The notes under the pieces are model-generated. The model did not search any database and was not told where the DNA came from. It saw only the letters and a list, made by a program, of their open reading frames with translations. A stretch of DNA of 64,000 nucleotides from Octopus sinensis (Eukaryota). Positions 10,720 through 22,527 of this stretch are shown piece after piece (the stretch's first letter is position 1; each line of letters opens with the position of its first letter). The DNA lies in NCBI RefSeq assembly GCF_006345805.1, contig NC_043022.1, positions 15,872,001 to 15,936,000 of the forward strand, in the 5' to 3' direction. A program made the translations under genes and the position numbers.

Positions 10720-10998
10720 TATTATGTATATATTTTTGTTACTTTTCATTTCTTTTGCTCGCTTGCGTTTCTGGTGTGCTAAATTTTCTGGAGAACAATT
10801 CTTGGTGGTTAAGACCGTAGCGGATCTTCTTCTAGCGTAAGGGTTTCCACATAGTGGTAAAAAAAAAATTCCCCCTTATATTTACGTATGAAATACTATT
10901 TACTGAATCTCAGTTTTTTATATGCTAGACCACTGGTGTTAAAATTGATGTTATCAAATTAATATCCAATTTTTCACCCTCATTTTGATTTTAATTTA

Positions 10999-11048
<50 letters not shown>

Positions 11049-11269
11049 TTACTCTTTTACTTGTTTCAGTCATTTGACTGGCCATGCTGGGGCACCGCCT
11101 TTTAGTCGGGCAAATCGCCCCCACCCCCCAGACTTATTCTTTGTAAGCCCAGTACTTATTCTATCGGTATCTTTCACCGAACCGTTAAGTTACGGGGCGT
11201 AAACACACCAGCATCGGTTGTCAAGCAATGCTAGGGGGACAAACACAGACACAGACACACACACACAAC

Positions 11270-11300
<31 letters not shown>

Positions 11301-11466
11301 CATATATACGACAGGCTTCTTTCAGTTTCCGTCTACCAAATCCACTCACAAGGCATTGGTCGGCCGGGGCTATAGCAGAAGACACTTGCCCAAGATGCCA
11401 CGCAGTGGGATTGAACCCAGAACCATGTGGTGGTTAGCAAGCTACTTACCACACAGCCACTCCTGC
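11049..11466 (-). mobile_element. SINE family A, chimeric copy
   Basis: Left half matches the 11803 copy, right half matches the 10294 copy. Confidence 0.85.
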
Positions 11467-11746
11467 GTATTATGTATATATTTTTGTTACTTTTCATTTC
11501 TTTTGCTCGCTTGCGTTTCTGGTGTGCTAAATTTTCTGGAGAACAATTCTTGGTGGTTAAGACCGTAGCGGATCTTCTTCTAGCGTAAGGGTTTCCACAT
11601 AGTGGTAAAAAAAAAATTCCCCCTTATATTTACGTATGAAATACTATTTACTGAATCTCAGTTTTTTATATGCTAGACCACTGGTGTTAAAAATGATGTT
11701 ATCAAATTAATATCCAATTTTTCACCCTCATTTTGATTTTAATTTA

Positions 11747-11802
<56 letters not shown>

Positions 11803-12014
11803 TTACTCTTTTACTTGTTTCAGTCATTTGACTGGCCATGCTGGGGCACCGCCTTTTAGTCGGGCAAATCGCCCCCACCCCCCAGACTTATTCTTTGTAA
11901 GCCCAGTACTTATTCTATCGGTATCTTTCACCGAACCGTTAAGTTACGGGGCGTAAACACACCAGCATCGGTTGTCAAATGATGATGGGGGCACAAACTC
12001 AGACACACACACAC

Positions 12015-12101
<87 letters not shown>

Positions 12102-12198
12102 GACGGGCTTCTTTCAGTTACCGTCTACCAAATCCATTCACAAGGCTTTGGTCGGCCCGAGGCTATGGTAGAAGGCACGTGCCCAAGGTGCCATGCAT
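11803..12198 (-). mobile_element. SINE family A, head-truncated
   Basis: Family A body; ends in GTGCCATGCA. Confidence 0.8.
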
Positions 12199-12204
12199 TA
12201 GTAA

Positions 12205-12330
12205 TGACCCTCCCAAGATAAGATTTGTTTCGACCCAGGACGAATTTTCATCAAGAATCTTGTAAACCAAATCGAAAAACGAAATTTTGTTTAATGGAAG
12301 TTTTGCTAAATAGAGCTCTGGATTATAGTA
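12205..12330 (-). pseudogene. Possible LINE APE-endonuclease relic
   Basis: SFFDLVYKILDENSSWVETNLILGG resembles the FF...(I/L)ILGGDFN segment of L1/Tx1 endonucleases; short, with no DFN. Confidence 0.3.
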
Positions 12331-12492
12331 AGGTCTAAAATAAATACCGGCCAAGCCACTAGGATCAGTTGTTGACGGCCATGACGCTGCATCCTTTAAG
12401 GCCCTCATGCTTTCCGAAATCCGCCGAAACTACACCTGATTATATATGCACTTTAGATGAGTTGTAGTGCACCTGAGCACTGTACACAATTA

Positions 12493-12699
12493 CTACTCTT
12501 TACTCTTTTACTTGTTTCAGTCATTTGACTGCGGCCATGCTGGAACACCGCCTTTAATCGGGACATAATCTTTTTATAAGCCCAGTACTTATTCTATCGG
12601 TCTCTTTTGCCGAACCGGTAAGTAACGGGGACATAAACACACCAGCATCGGTTGTCAAGCAATGCTAAGGGGACAAATACAGACACACAAACACACACA

Positions 12700-12737
<38 letters not shown>

Positions 12738-12908
12738 CATATATACGACGGGCTTCTTTCAGTTTCCGTCTACCAAATCCACTCACAAGGCATTGGTCGG
12801 CCCGGGGCTATAGCAGAAGACACTTGCTCAAGATGCCACGCAGTGGGACTGAACCCGGAACCATGTGGTTGGTTAGCAAGCTACTTACTACACAGTCACT
12901 CCTGCGCC
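12493..12908 (-). mobile_element. SINE family A, full length
   Basis: Same head, body and tail. Confidence 0.85.
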
Positions 12909-13639
12909 TATTATTATTATTATTATTATTATTATAAGCGACCGAATTTTTGCGAGGTTGTACACCAGCTTGGTCGCAATCCAGTCACTGAAACAAGTGC
13001 CATCAAATTTTAAATGAAAAATGCAGTGGAGCGGGGTGGGGATACAATTTAAATTTTGTCGGAGTCACCTCCCTTGAACGTTGCATTAATGTAGAGTTAT
13101 TTCCCTTGAATAAATGAGAGCATTCCTTTTCTGATTTACCTGTCTCGCTAGAAATGGCAGCCAAATATGCATCAAATCACACAGAATGGAGGACAGGCAT
13201 TTAAAAATGTAGATTAAAACGGCGTGAGTTTTAGTGGGGTGGTTTCGATCGGGTTTATCTCATCGCGACTCGTCTTGGTTGAACGACAGTAATAACGATT
13301 TCGCCTTTCGTCCAGTTCTACCTCTTACTCGCTTCAACCACTGGACTCCGTCCCTGCTGGAGCACCGCCTCCTACGGTTTTTGTTAAACAATTCGACCGC
13401 AGTGATTAAGTTTGTTTTATTCTTCTAAACGTTGGTGCTTAGACTTATAGTCTCTTGCCTAATAATTTTATGCAATGTAAACAAACCAACACCGGATGTC
13501 AAGCGGTTCTGGTGGCGGAGACACGTATGCAGTGTGTGTGTGTGTGTCCTTGCCTTGACATCACTTGATAGTTATGAGCGTCGCTGTCATTCATTTCCAA
13601 ATATTTTGTGAAAATGTTTGGCTATGAAGAAATATTACA

Positions 13640-14236
13640 CTGGTGCCGGTGGCACATAAAAAGCACCAACCGATCGTGGGATCCTGGAAGATCTCGCTGT
13701 GCTTGAGGAGACCTGTTGAGTCAAGTGCATGTACATGAACATCGAACCAAATATCAATGGAAACAGTAGTTGTGATACCTGTGCCGGTGGCACATAAAAA
13801 GCACCATCCGAACGTGACCGATGCCAACCCTGCCTCGAATGGCTTCTGTGCCGGTGGCAGATAAAAAGCACCATCTGAACGTGGCCATTGCCAGTGCAGC
13901 CTCCACTGGCTTCTGTGCCGGTGGCACATAAAAAGCACCATCCGAACGTGGCCGTTGCCAGTGCAGCCTCCACTGGCTTCTGTGCCGGTGGCACATAAAA
14001 AGCACCATCCGAACGTGACTGATGCCAGACCCCTCTGGCACCTGTGCAGGTGGCACGTAAAAAGCACCCACTACACTCGCGGAGTGGTTGGCGTTAGGAA
14101 GGGCATCCAGCTGTAGAAACACTGCCAGATCAGACTGGAGCCTGGGGCAGCCCCTGGCTCCCCAGACCCTGGTCGAACCGTTCAACCCGTGCTAGCGCGG
14201 AAAATGGACGTTAAACGATGATGATGATGATGATGA
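13640..14236 (+). mobile_element. SINE family D with five ~67-bp internal tandem subunits (13781-14075)
   Basis: GTGCCGGTGGCACATAAAAAGCACC units at ~13781, 13848, 13915, 13982, 14044; (GAT)n tail. Confidence 0.8.
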
Positions 14237-15290
14237 GGGTTGACAACAGGAAGAACATCCAGCCATAGAAAATGTGAGGGGCATGCTTGGAAACTTGGAT
14301 ATTAAAACAATTATTATGACCAAAGCAATTAGCTACCAGAATCATTAAATTCCAGGTAAATTGCTTTGCAGTGTTTTGTCTATCTTGATGTTCTGAGTTC
14401 AAATTCCGTCAATGTCGACTTTGCCTTTCATCCTTTCAGGGTCAATTAAATAAGTACCAGTTATACACTGGAGTCGATGTAATCGACTTAATCCCTTCCC
14501 CTAAATTTGGGGCCCTTTGGCTTCCAATAGAAAGGGTTATTATTTTTGAGGTGGCAAGCTGGTAGAATCGTTAGCACACTGGACAGAATGCTTAGCAGTA
14601 TTTCACCTGTCGCTATGTCCTGAGTTCAAATTCCACTGAGGTTCACTTTGCCTTTCATCCTTTCAGGGTCGATAAATTAAGTACCAGTTGAGTACTGGGG
14701 TCGATGTAATCAACTCATTGCCAAGCTGCTCCTGTGGCAAAAATTATTATTATTATTATTTTACTCAGTATTTTACTCATTGCTACGCTCTGATTTCAAA
14801 TTCTGTTGAGGTCAACTTTACTTTTCATCCTTTCGAGGTCATTAAATTTAGTACCAGTGATATACTGGGGTCAATGTAATTGACTTGTTCCCTCCCACAA
14901 ATTTCCGGCTTTCTGCCTTTGGTAGACATCCGTGCCGGTGGCACGTAAAAAGCACCAACCAATCATGGCCGTTGCCAGCCTCGCCTGGCACATTAAAAAG
15001 CACCCACTACATTCATGGAGTGGTTGGCATTAGGAAGGGCATCCAGCTGTAGAAATACTGTCAGATCAGACTGGAGCAGCCTCCTGGCTTCCCAGATCCT
15101 TGTCGAACCCTCCAACCCATGCTAGCATGGAAAACGGATGTTAAACGATGATGATGATTGTTATTATTATTATTGAAGGCAAGGAGCTGTCAGTATTGTT
15201 AGCACACTAGACAAACACTGCTGAGTGAGAGTGTAACTCCCATGAAATCAATGGATCAGGTTTCAATCCTTAGTCAAATTCATTTAGTGT

Positions 15291-15687
15291 TTACTCTTAC
15301 TCTTTACTCTTTTACTTGTTTCAGTCATTTGACTGCGGCCATGCTGCAGCACCGCCTTTAATTGAGTAACTCGACCCCGGGACTTATTCTTTTGTAAGCC
15401 CAGTACTTATTCTATCGGTCTCTTTTGTCGAACCGCTAAGTGACGGGGACATAAACACACCAGCATTGGTTGTCAAGCAATGCTAGGGGGACAAACACAG
15501 ACACACGCATATATATACATATATACGATGGGCTTCTTTCAGTTTCCGTCTACCAAATCCACTCACAAGGCTTTGGTCGGCCCGAGGCTATATAGAAGAT
15601 ACTTGTTCAAGGTGCCACGCAGTGGGACTGAACCCGGAACCATGTGGTTGGTAAACAAGCTACCTACCACACAGCCACTCCTGCGCC
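15291..15687 (-). mobile_element. SINE family A, full length, ~120 bp upstream of the acceptor
   Basis: Same head, body and tail. Confidence 0.85.
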
Positions 15688-15804
15688 TGTTTGTTGTTGT
15701 TAGTTTTTGTTTTTATTATTAATGTTATTTTCTTTTATTTTTCTCTTTTTTCAATGAAAGACTCACATTTTCTGTTTGGTTTTTTTTTTTGTTTTATTTT
15801 CTAG

Positions 15805-17014
15805 ATTGTCGACCAAACAAGTAATTCCTGCAATCATCGAAGCTGCTCCAAGTCTTGGCAATGTCACCATTTCTCCATATATTTCTGAATCAACAAATAA
15901 CATTTCTTCTGCTATCAACGCCAGTGTCACCACCAATCCTTCTGCGACCACCGCCGCTACTGACGATGACGAAGCTACTATATTCACCACCGTCTCTCTC
16001 GCCACCAACACTGAATGTAACTCTACAAACGCCATCACCAACCCCACCAATTCTGCTGTTTCCTCCTCCTCCGCCTCTCCGTTCTCTTCATTTCCTGGTG
16101 ACCCCGTCACGCTTACTCCGACAATTGGAAACGGAGGCAGCGTACAATTGGGAGAGGAAACACAGAAGCAAAGCAAGGATGGCGCACACCCAAAACCAAA
16201 TGACAAAGGCGGTAAGTTCTTGAACGCCAACACCACAACAGTTACCACTTTTGCCAACAACAACAGACCTCATTGTGAAAACCTCAGTGTGAAGACATCT
16301 GGTCAACGTTGTGTTACTTCGACAAAGCCCAAGTGTAAATACCATGGATTGAACTCGGCACCTTGTCGTAAGTTGTACAAGTGTAAGAAGTGTGGATTGG
16401 AAGCAAAGTGCTTGAGCGACATCCAGGCACACATGGGTGGCACCCACTCAGAGTTTTGTATGTACAGGTGTCCATATTGTGTTCCTCGGAATCGTGTGAA
16501 GACAATAAATTCTATAGAATTCGAAGTGCTTCGAAGTAGCAACACCAATGTGTCGTCGCAGTCTTCAGTGAAGAAAAAGACCCCTTATTACACCAGCAAC
16601 AACAATAGCACCACCACCACCACCACCACCACCTCCTCCACCACAACCACCACCACCACCAACAATGGCAAGAAGAAGAAAGTGAACCATCAAATACAGT
16701 TACAGAGAGAGAAGAAACGGAAGCTGAACTACTATTATCGGAACCAGCATGAAATCAAAAAATACAAAAACACCAAGATCACATGCGAATATTGCCGGAA
16801 GTTGGTGAATCAGTCGAACATTTCGCGACATTTGAACAGTAAAAGCTGCAAAGGGTTAAAAAAGAACACAGAAAAACAAAACGTAAACGACAGGGAAAGA
16901 ATAGTGATTAAGAAATACCAGAAAGTAAAATGTAACACTTGTCAGAAACAGATATCGCGGACAAACCTCTCAAAACATTGCAGGATTTGTCCAAAAGAAA
17001 ACCTGCACAACTAA
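15805..17014 (+). CDS. Zinc-finger gene, terminal coding exon: one C2H2 finger, a CPYC half-site and two C-terminal C2HC-type fingers
   Basis: Poly-T tract + CTAG acceptor ends 15804; first base A completes GG+A (Gly), phase-compatible with the 8116 donor. Motifs CKKC-x12-H-x4-H, CEYC-x11-H-x5-C, CNTC-x11-H-x3-C; TAA at 17012-17014. Confidence 0.8.
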
Positions 17015-17566
17015 ACTCGTGAGGACCCAGCGATTGATTTCATTCGCAGAAAAAAATGGGGGTTTTTTTTTTTTTTTTTGGGATTTCTTTTTTTCTTTTA
17101 ACCTTTAAACCTTTTAAAGGTTTTTTTTTTTTTTTTAACAACGAAACACTGGACGAAGAGAAGAAAAACAAAGACGCCCCACACGTGTTTCTTCTTTCCT
17201 CGGTCTCGCCCCCTCCCTTCAACCATATCGTTGTTGCTGTTGTTGTAAGCATTTTTATTTTTATCTTTTAGCTTTTTTGTTTGTTATGTAAGGTTTGTTT
17301 GTTTGTTTGTTGCATTCCAACACCTCCCCCCCTCCGCCAACAATACTTGGTTTTTTTTTTTGCAATTTGACTCTTACAACAATGGAAAGGAAAACTGCAA
17401 ATGGCTTAAAACGTGTGTGCGCATGTGTGTGTATATGTATGCATGCATGTGTGTGTATATATACATATATATATATATATACACACATACATATATATAT
17501 ATATCATCATCATCATCATTTAGCGTCGGCTTTCCATGCTAGCATAAATGATGATGATATATATAC

Positions 17567-17601
<35 letters not shown>

Positions 17602-17744
17602 TATACATATATGTATGCATGTGTGTGTATATATATACTTATATGTATGTGATGTGTGTGTGTATATATGTGTGTACGTATACATGTGTGTACGCATGTG
17701 TGTGTGTGTGTATATATTATGTATGTGTATCTATATGTGATGTA

Positions 17745-17799
<55 letters not shown>

Positions 17800-17844
17800 T
17801 TGTGTGTGATGTGTGTGTGTATATGTATGTGATGTGCATACACA

Positions 17845-18030
17845 CTGCTGGTGTAGTGAATGGGGAAAGCTTGGTCTGCAATGTTTGCAGTCGTGTATGC
17901 TGGTCAAGGGCAGGGCTCTTCAGCCACTGACGGAGCCGCAGATGCAAAATATAAGTTAGTCCTAGAGTGCACAATGTTCCTGAGGGTCAACAATGGTCTT
18001 CCTCGGTCAAGAGTGGACGGCCATCATATT
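17845..18030 (+). mobile_element. RTE(BovB-like) LINE 3' end with terminal zinc-finger codons
   Basis: [19 protein letters not shown] matches the C-x2-C...SRxGLxSH terminus of RTE ORF2; ends ...GGACGGCCATCAT. Confidence 0.6.
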
Positions 18031-18163
18031 TGATGTATGTATATATGTGATGTATATATATGTGTGTGTGTGTATATATATAACGTATGTGTGTGTGTGC
18101 GTATATATATAGGATGTATGTGTGTATGTATATATATATATATATATATAGGATGTATGTGTG

Positions 18164-18196
<33 letters not shown>

Positions 18197-18694
18197 GATG
18201 TATGTGTGTATATATATATATATGATGTATGTATGTGTATATATATATATGATGTATGTGTCTATATAAATATATATATATATATAATGTGTTTGAAGTG
18301 GTTACAAATATTGAATCTTGAGAAAAATTAGGCAGATTTTGGATAATCTTTTATTAGTTCTTTCGTTCTTTTATCAAACTTGTCTTGACAAATTTTAAAT
18401 GACTTTGATTTTGTCCTTGACGAATTTGAGAGGCAAACGAAAGTGCTAATAAAGAATTATCCAAAATTCTGACTGCCTCCTTTTCCTCAGTATATATCTA
18501 TGCATACATACATAAATACAAACATGGGCGAATGGACTAACGAAAGAAAGAATCACTTAATAAATTTAGCGAGCATTACATACATTATTATTATCAAAAA
18601 CATTTTAATTTGGTCCCTTGTGACTCAGTTACCCAAGCTCAATGCGCTGAGTGTCTGTCAGCTGCATTGAGCAAATCAAAACCGTTTAATTTTA

Positions 18695-18734
<40 letters not shown>

Positions 18735-18737
<3 letters not shown>

Positions 18738-19069
18738 ATAGTGACCCCCTTCGGTCAGACACTGACCATGGGTTTGCACCTAGAGAGTTACTCTCTGAGG
18801 CACAAGTCTGGGCAAGGTTGTTTCATGGAAGTCCAGCAGTCGCCCATGCATACCGGCCTCCCCTCTCCACGTCAACGATGTTGTCCAAGGGAAAGGCAAA
18901 GGGGCCGATACAGCTTGGCACCTGTGACGTCGCAACTCATTTCTACAGCTGAGTGAACTGGAGCAACGTGGAATAAAGTGTCTTGCTCAAGAACACAGCA
19001 CGCAGCCCGGTCCGGGATTCGAGCTCACAACCTCACGATCGTAAGCTCGATGCTCTAACCACTGAGCCA
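18735..19069 (-). mobile_element. tRNA-derived CORE-type SINE, family E
   Basis: Head TGGCTCAGTGGTTAGAGC...TCGAATCCCGG, then TTGAGCAAGACACTTTATTCC; partial copy at 41035-41165. Confidence 0.8.
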
Positions 19070-19158
19070 AATATATTATTTCTGGAATTTCTCCAAGAGT
19101 ATATTCAATACATCAAAAAGATATAAAAAAATATACATCATGTAAAAGCACCGGCTAC

Positions 19159-19208
<50 letters not shown>

Positions 19209-19232
19209 TATATATTATATGTATATATATAT

Positions 19233-19902
19233 CAGGGGCGTGCGGTGATCTTTATGGCTGGGGAAGGCAATGACCAAAATTTTTTTGTCACATAGATATT
19301 TGAATCAAATTGACATGTTCGTATTATCCAGCTATTTAAAAAAAATTTTTTTAATCGCATTTTATATTAAGGGTGTTCTGTAATTTGAAAAAGTAGTTGA
19401 ATAAAGGCAGAAAACTACGCACCCGATATCTTTCCACCGTTTTTCTGATGGAAGCAGAAAGTCGACATGCTTCCCCTTTTCCCATGTAAAGTGTTACATA
19501 ACATAAGATTATATCATAGGTATTGCGAATTGACAAACTTAATCCAAGCATATGAATATTTATTTGCATCTAAAACTATTCGTCATCAACTCTTAGAAAA
19601 AAAATTGTCTTTGTGGCATTTTTATTGGAAAAAATGTTAAAATATTATACCGAAAGGGATGCAACAGGTCCTGTTGCTTCCCTTGCAATTTTTTTTTTTT
19701 TTTTGTGTCATCTGCCACTGTTTGTCATCTCATGCTGATTCCGACAATAAAAGTCTGAAGCCTACGATGTCATGTAGTTTATATTAATTTTACAGAACAT
19801 TAGAAAAACGATCTTATGAAAATAAGGAATATAGTTTTAATTTTGTTTCCATAACTTTTCAGAGAAGCATTGCTTCCCCAGCTTCCATGGTCCACACGCC
19901 TG
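19233..19902. mobile_element. Non-autonomous hAT-like DNA element
   Basis: Ends CAGGGGCGTGCGG...GCTGGGGAAGGCAATG and reverse-complement CAGGCGTGTGG...GCTGGGGAAGCAATG form imperfect TIRs; no clean 8-bp TSD. Confidence 0.5.
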
Positions 19903-20454
19903 CGATATATATATGTATGCAGAAGTAAGAACCAAAGTCAGGCAAATCTGGTTCACATCTACATTTGTATTTATTCAGCCCCAGACCCAACAGGGTCTGG
20001 AATTTCTCCGAGAGTATATTCAAGACATCAAAAAGATATAAAAAATATACATCATATAAAAGCACCGACTACACTCTCGGAGTGGCTGGCATTAGGAAGG
20101 GCATCCAGCTGTAGAAACTGCCAGACCAGATTGGAGCCTGGTGCAGACCCCTGGCTCTCCAGACCTCAGTCAAACCTTACAACCCATGCCAGCATGGAAA
20201 ATGGATGTTAATCGATGATGATAGAATATATATATATTAAAAATATAATGAAAAATATCTATATTTTACTCTATTACTTGTTTCAGTCATTTTTGACTGC
20301 AGCCATGCTGGAGCACCACCTTTAGTTGAATAAATTGACCCCTGTATGCCTAGTCCTTATTCTATTGGTCTCTTTACATGAACGTAAACACCCCAACATC
20401 GGTGTCAAGCAATGGTGGGAGGGGGATAAACAGATACACAAATACATACATGCA

Positions 20455-20500
<46 letters not shown>

Positions 20501-20649
20501 GCAGGCTTCTTTCAGTTTCCGTCTACCAAATCCAATCTCAAGGCTTTGGTTGTCTCGAGGCTTTAGCAGAAGACACTTGTCCAAGGTGCCATGCAGTGGG
20601 ACTGAACCCAGAACCATGTGGTTGGGAAGCAAGCTACTTACCACACAGC

Positions 20650-20694
<45 letters not shown>

Positions 20695-20699
<5 letters not shown>

Positions 20700-20915
20700 C
20701 GTCATTGTGGCACTCTGTCGGTTATGATGATGAGGGCTCCAGTTGATCCAAATAACAGAACAGCCTACTCGTGCAATTAACGTGTAAGTGGCTGAGCACT
20801 CCACAGTCACATGTACCCTTAACATAGTTCTCGAGGGAGATTCAGCATGACACAGAATGTGACGAGACCGACCCTTTGAAATACAGGTACAACAGAAACA
20901 GGAAGAAACAGCTTC
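20695..20915 (-). mobile_element. SINE family C, 3' part
   Basis: Reverse complement of the 4175/38156 body. Confidence 0.7.
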
Positions 20916-21825
20916 CTCATCAAAATCTCATCACTACAAGATAATGCATGATTAGTTCAAAACAGTGTGGATCATCATCATCATTGTTTAACGTCCGTTC
21001 TCCATGCTAGCATGGGTTGGACGGTTCGACCGGGGATCTGGGAAGCCAGAAGGCTGCACCAGGCTCCAGTCTAATCTGGCAGTGTTTCTACGGCTGGATG
21101 CCCTTCCTAACGCCAACCACTCCGTGAGTGTAGTGGGTGCTTTTTACGTGCCACCTGCACAGGTGCCAGGCGAGGCTGGCAACGGCCACGGTCGGATTGG
21201 TGTATTTTATGTGCCACCGGCACGGAAGCCAGACGAGGCGGAGCTGGCATCGGCCACAAGTCGGATAGTGCTTTTTACGCCACGAGGAAAAAGCATAAAT
21301 TTTGGCAGAATAATGCGAACACTAAAGGGTTAATAAGGCATTAAAACAGAAAGACTCTCGCCAGACAACAAAATTGTCGTAATTGTTTCAGTATCAACAT
21401 TTCCCTGTTTGCAATGACAAGAAGGGATTCATCTAGGCAAGTCCTCCGCAGCTGGATGCCTTTCCTGTCCACAACCACCACTTGTTTCAGGCTAAGATAA
21501 TATCTCCCTACGACCAGGCATGCTTTTGACAGAAAAATCAACACTGCTTGTACGACAGGGATGCTCGTTTACTATTAACATGCAGTATCAAGACAAAGAG
21601 ACTTGCACACAAACACAGACGACGGTCTTGTATCATATCAGTTTACTAAATCAACTTGTAGGGCACGGGTCAAGCGGGGTCCACACTAGAAAACCCTTAT
21701 GTAATGTATAAATAGATAAATAACTACAAACCTCTATATACTTGTAGCTGTATAGGATATATAGATATATGTGTATGTATATTTTTGTAGATATATATGT
21801 GTGTATGTATGTATAATATGGTTCT

Positions 21826-21994
21826 CAACTGTTTTAATATCTGGACCAAAGCCAAAATCTGGGAGGCTCACCGAAAGAAGCAGGACAGAATTCTAAGAAA
21901 ATGTATTAGATTTATAGAGGGAAGAACCTCAAGATCCATTAGAAGGATACTGGAGGGCCACATGCGGCCCTGCGGATCACAGTTGAAAACCACT
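21826..21994. mobile_element. hAT/Charlie-like MITE
   Basis: TGGTTCTCAACTG ... CAGTTGAAAACCACTG termini with internal GGGCCACATGCGGCCC. Confidence 0.55.
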
Positions 21995-22209
21995 GATATA
22001 TACAGTCGTATGTGTGTGTGTTAACTATATGTATATATATATATATATATATATAGTGTGTGTATGTATATATATATAGTTATGTATGTGTGTGTATGTA
22101 TGTATATGTATATATATATAGTTATGTCTTTCTATTTTATTTGTATGTATATAATTCACATGTGCTAATACATATGTGTGTGTATGTAATATATATATAT
22201 GTGTGTGTG

Positions 22210-22242
<33 letters not shown>

Positions 22243-22245
<3 letters not shown>

Positions 22246-22527
22246 GGTCTAATCAATAAGTATCCAGACTGTTGCCATAGTAACAAAGCTAAAGCACGCA
22301 GAGTAAAGCCACTTGGCACAGATTGACCTTGTATTCTGCTGTTCGTGTTCACTAAGTTTTAACACTTCTGCTGTTTACAGCAGTGCTTGGAAGGAAGGTG
22401 TGTAGCGTGTAATCATCGTATTGACTATAACAGAGGAAGCTGAGCTGAGAAATTGCATCAAATTTCATTGAAAGCTTGGCAATACTTGCTCAGAGGCCTA
22501 TGCAAAGTTTCCAAAAAGTTTATATTG
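22243..22527 (+). mobile_element. mariner 5' end relic
   Basis: TA|CATGGTCTAATCAATAAGTATCC TIR; ELRNCIKFH*KLGNTCSEAYAKF N-terminal transposase motif. Confidence 0.7.

Larger units (their letters stand above)
8117..15804 (+). other. Intron of the zinc-finger gene (~7.7 kb, GT-AG), filled with SINEs and transposon relics
   Basis: Phase-matched donor and acceptor; no further convincing coding exon seen between them. Confidence 0.65.

Noticed and set aside
10303-15722. Many 60-160-aa ORFs such as MLGGQTQT..., ASFSFRLPNPLTR..., FGWCFLCATG...
   Set aside because: They recur wherever family A or D SINEs occur; translations of repeats.
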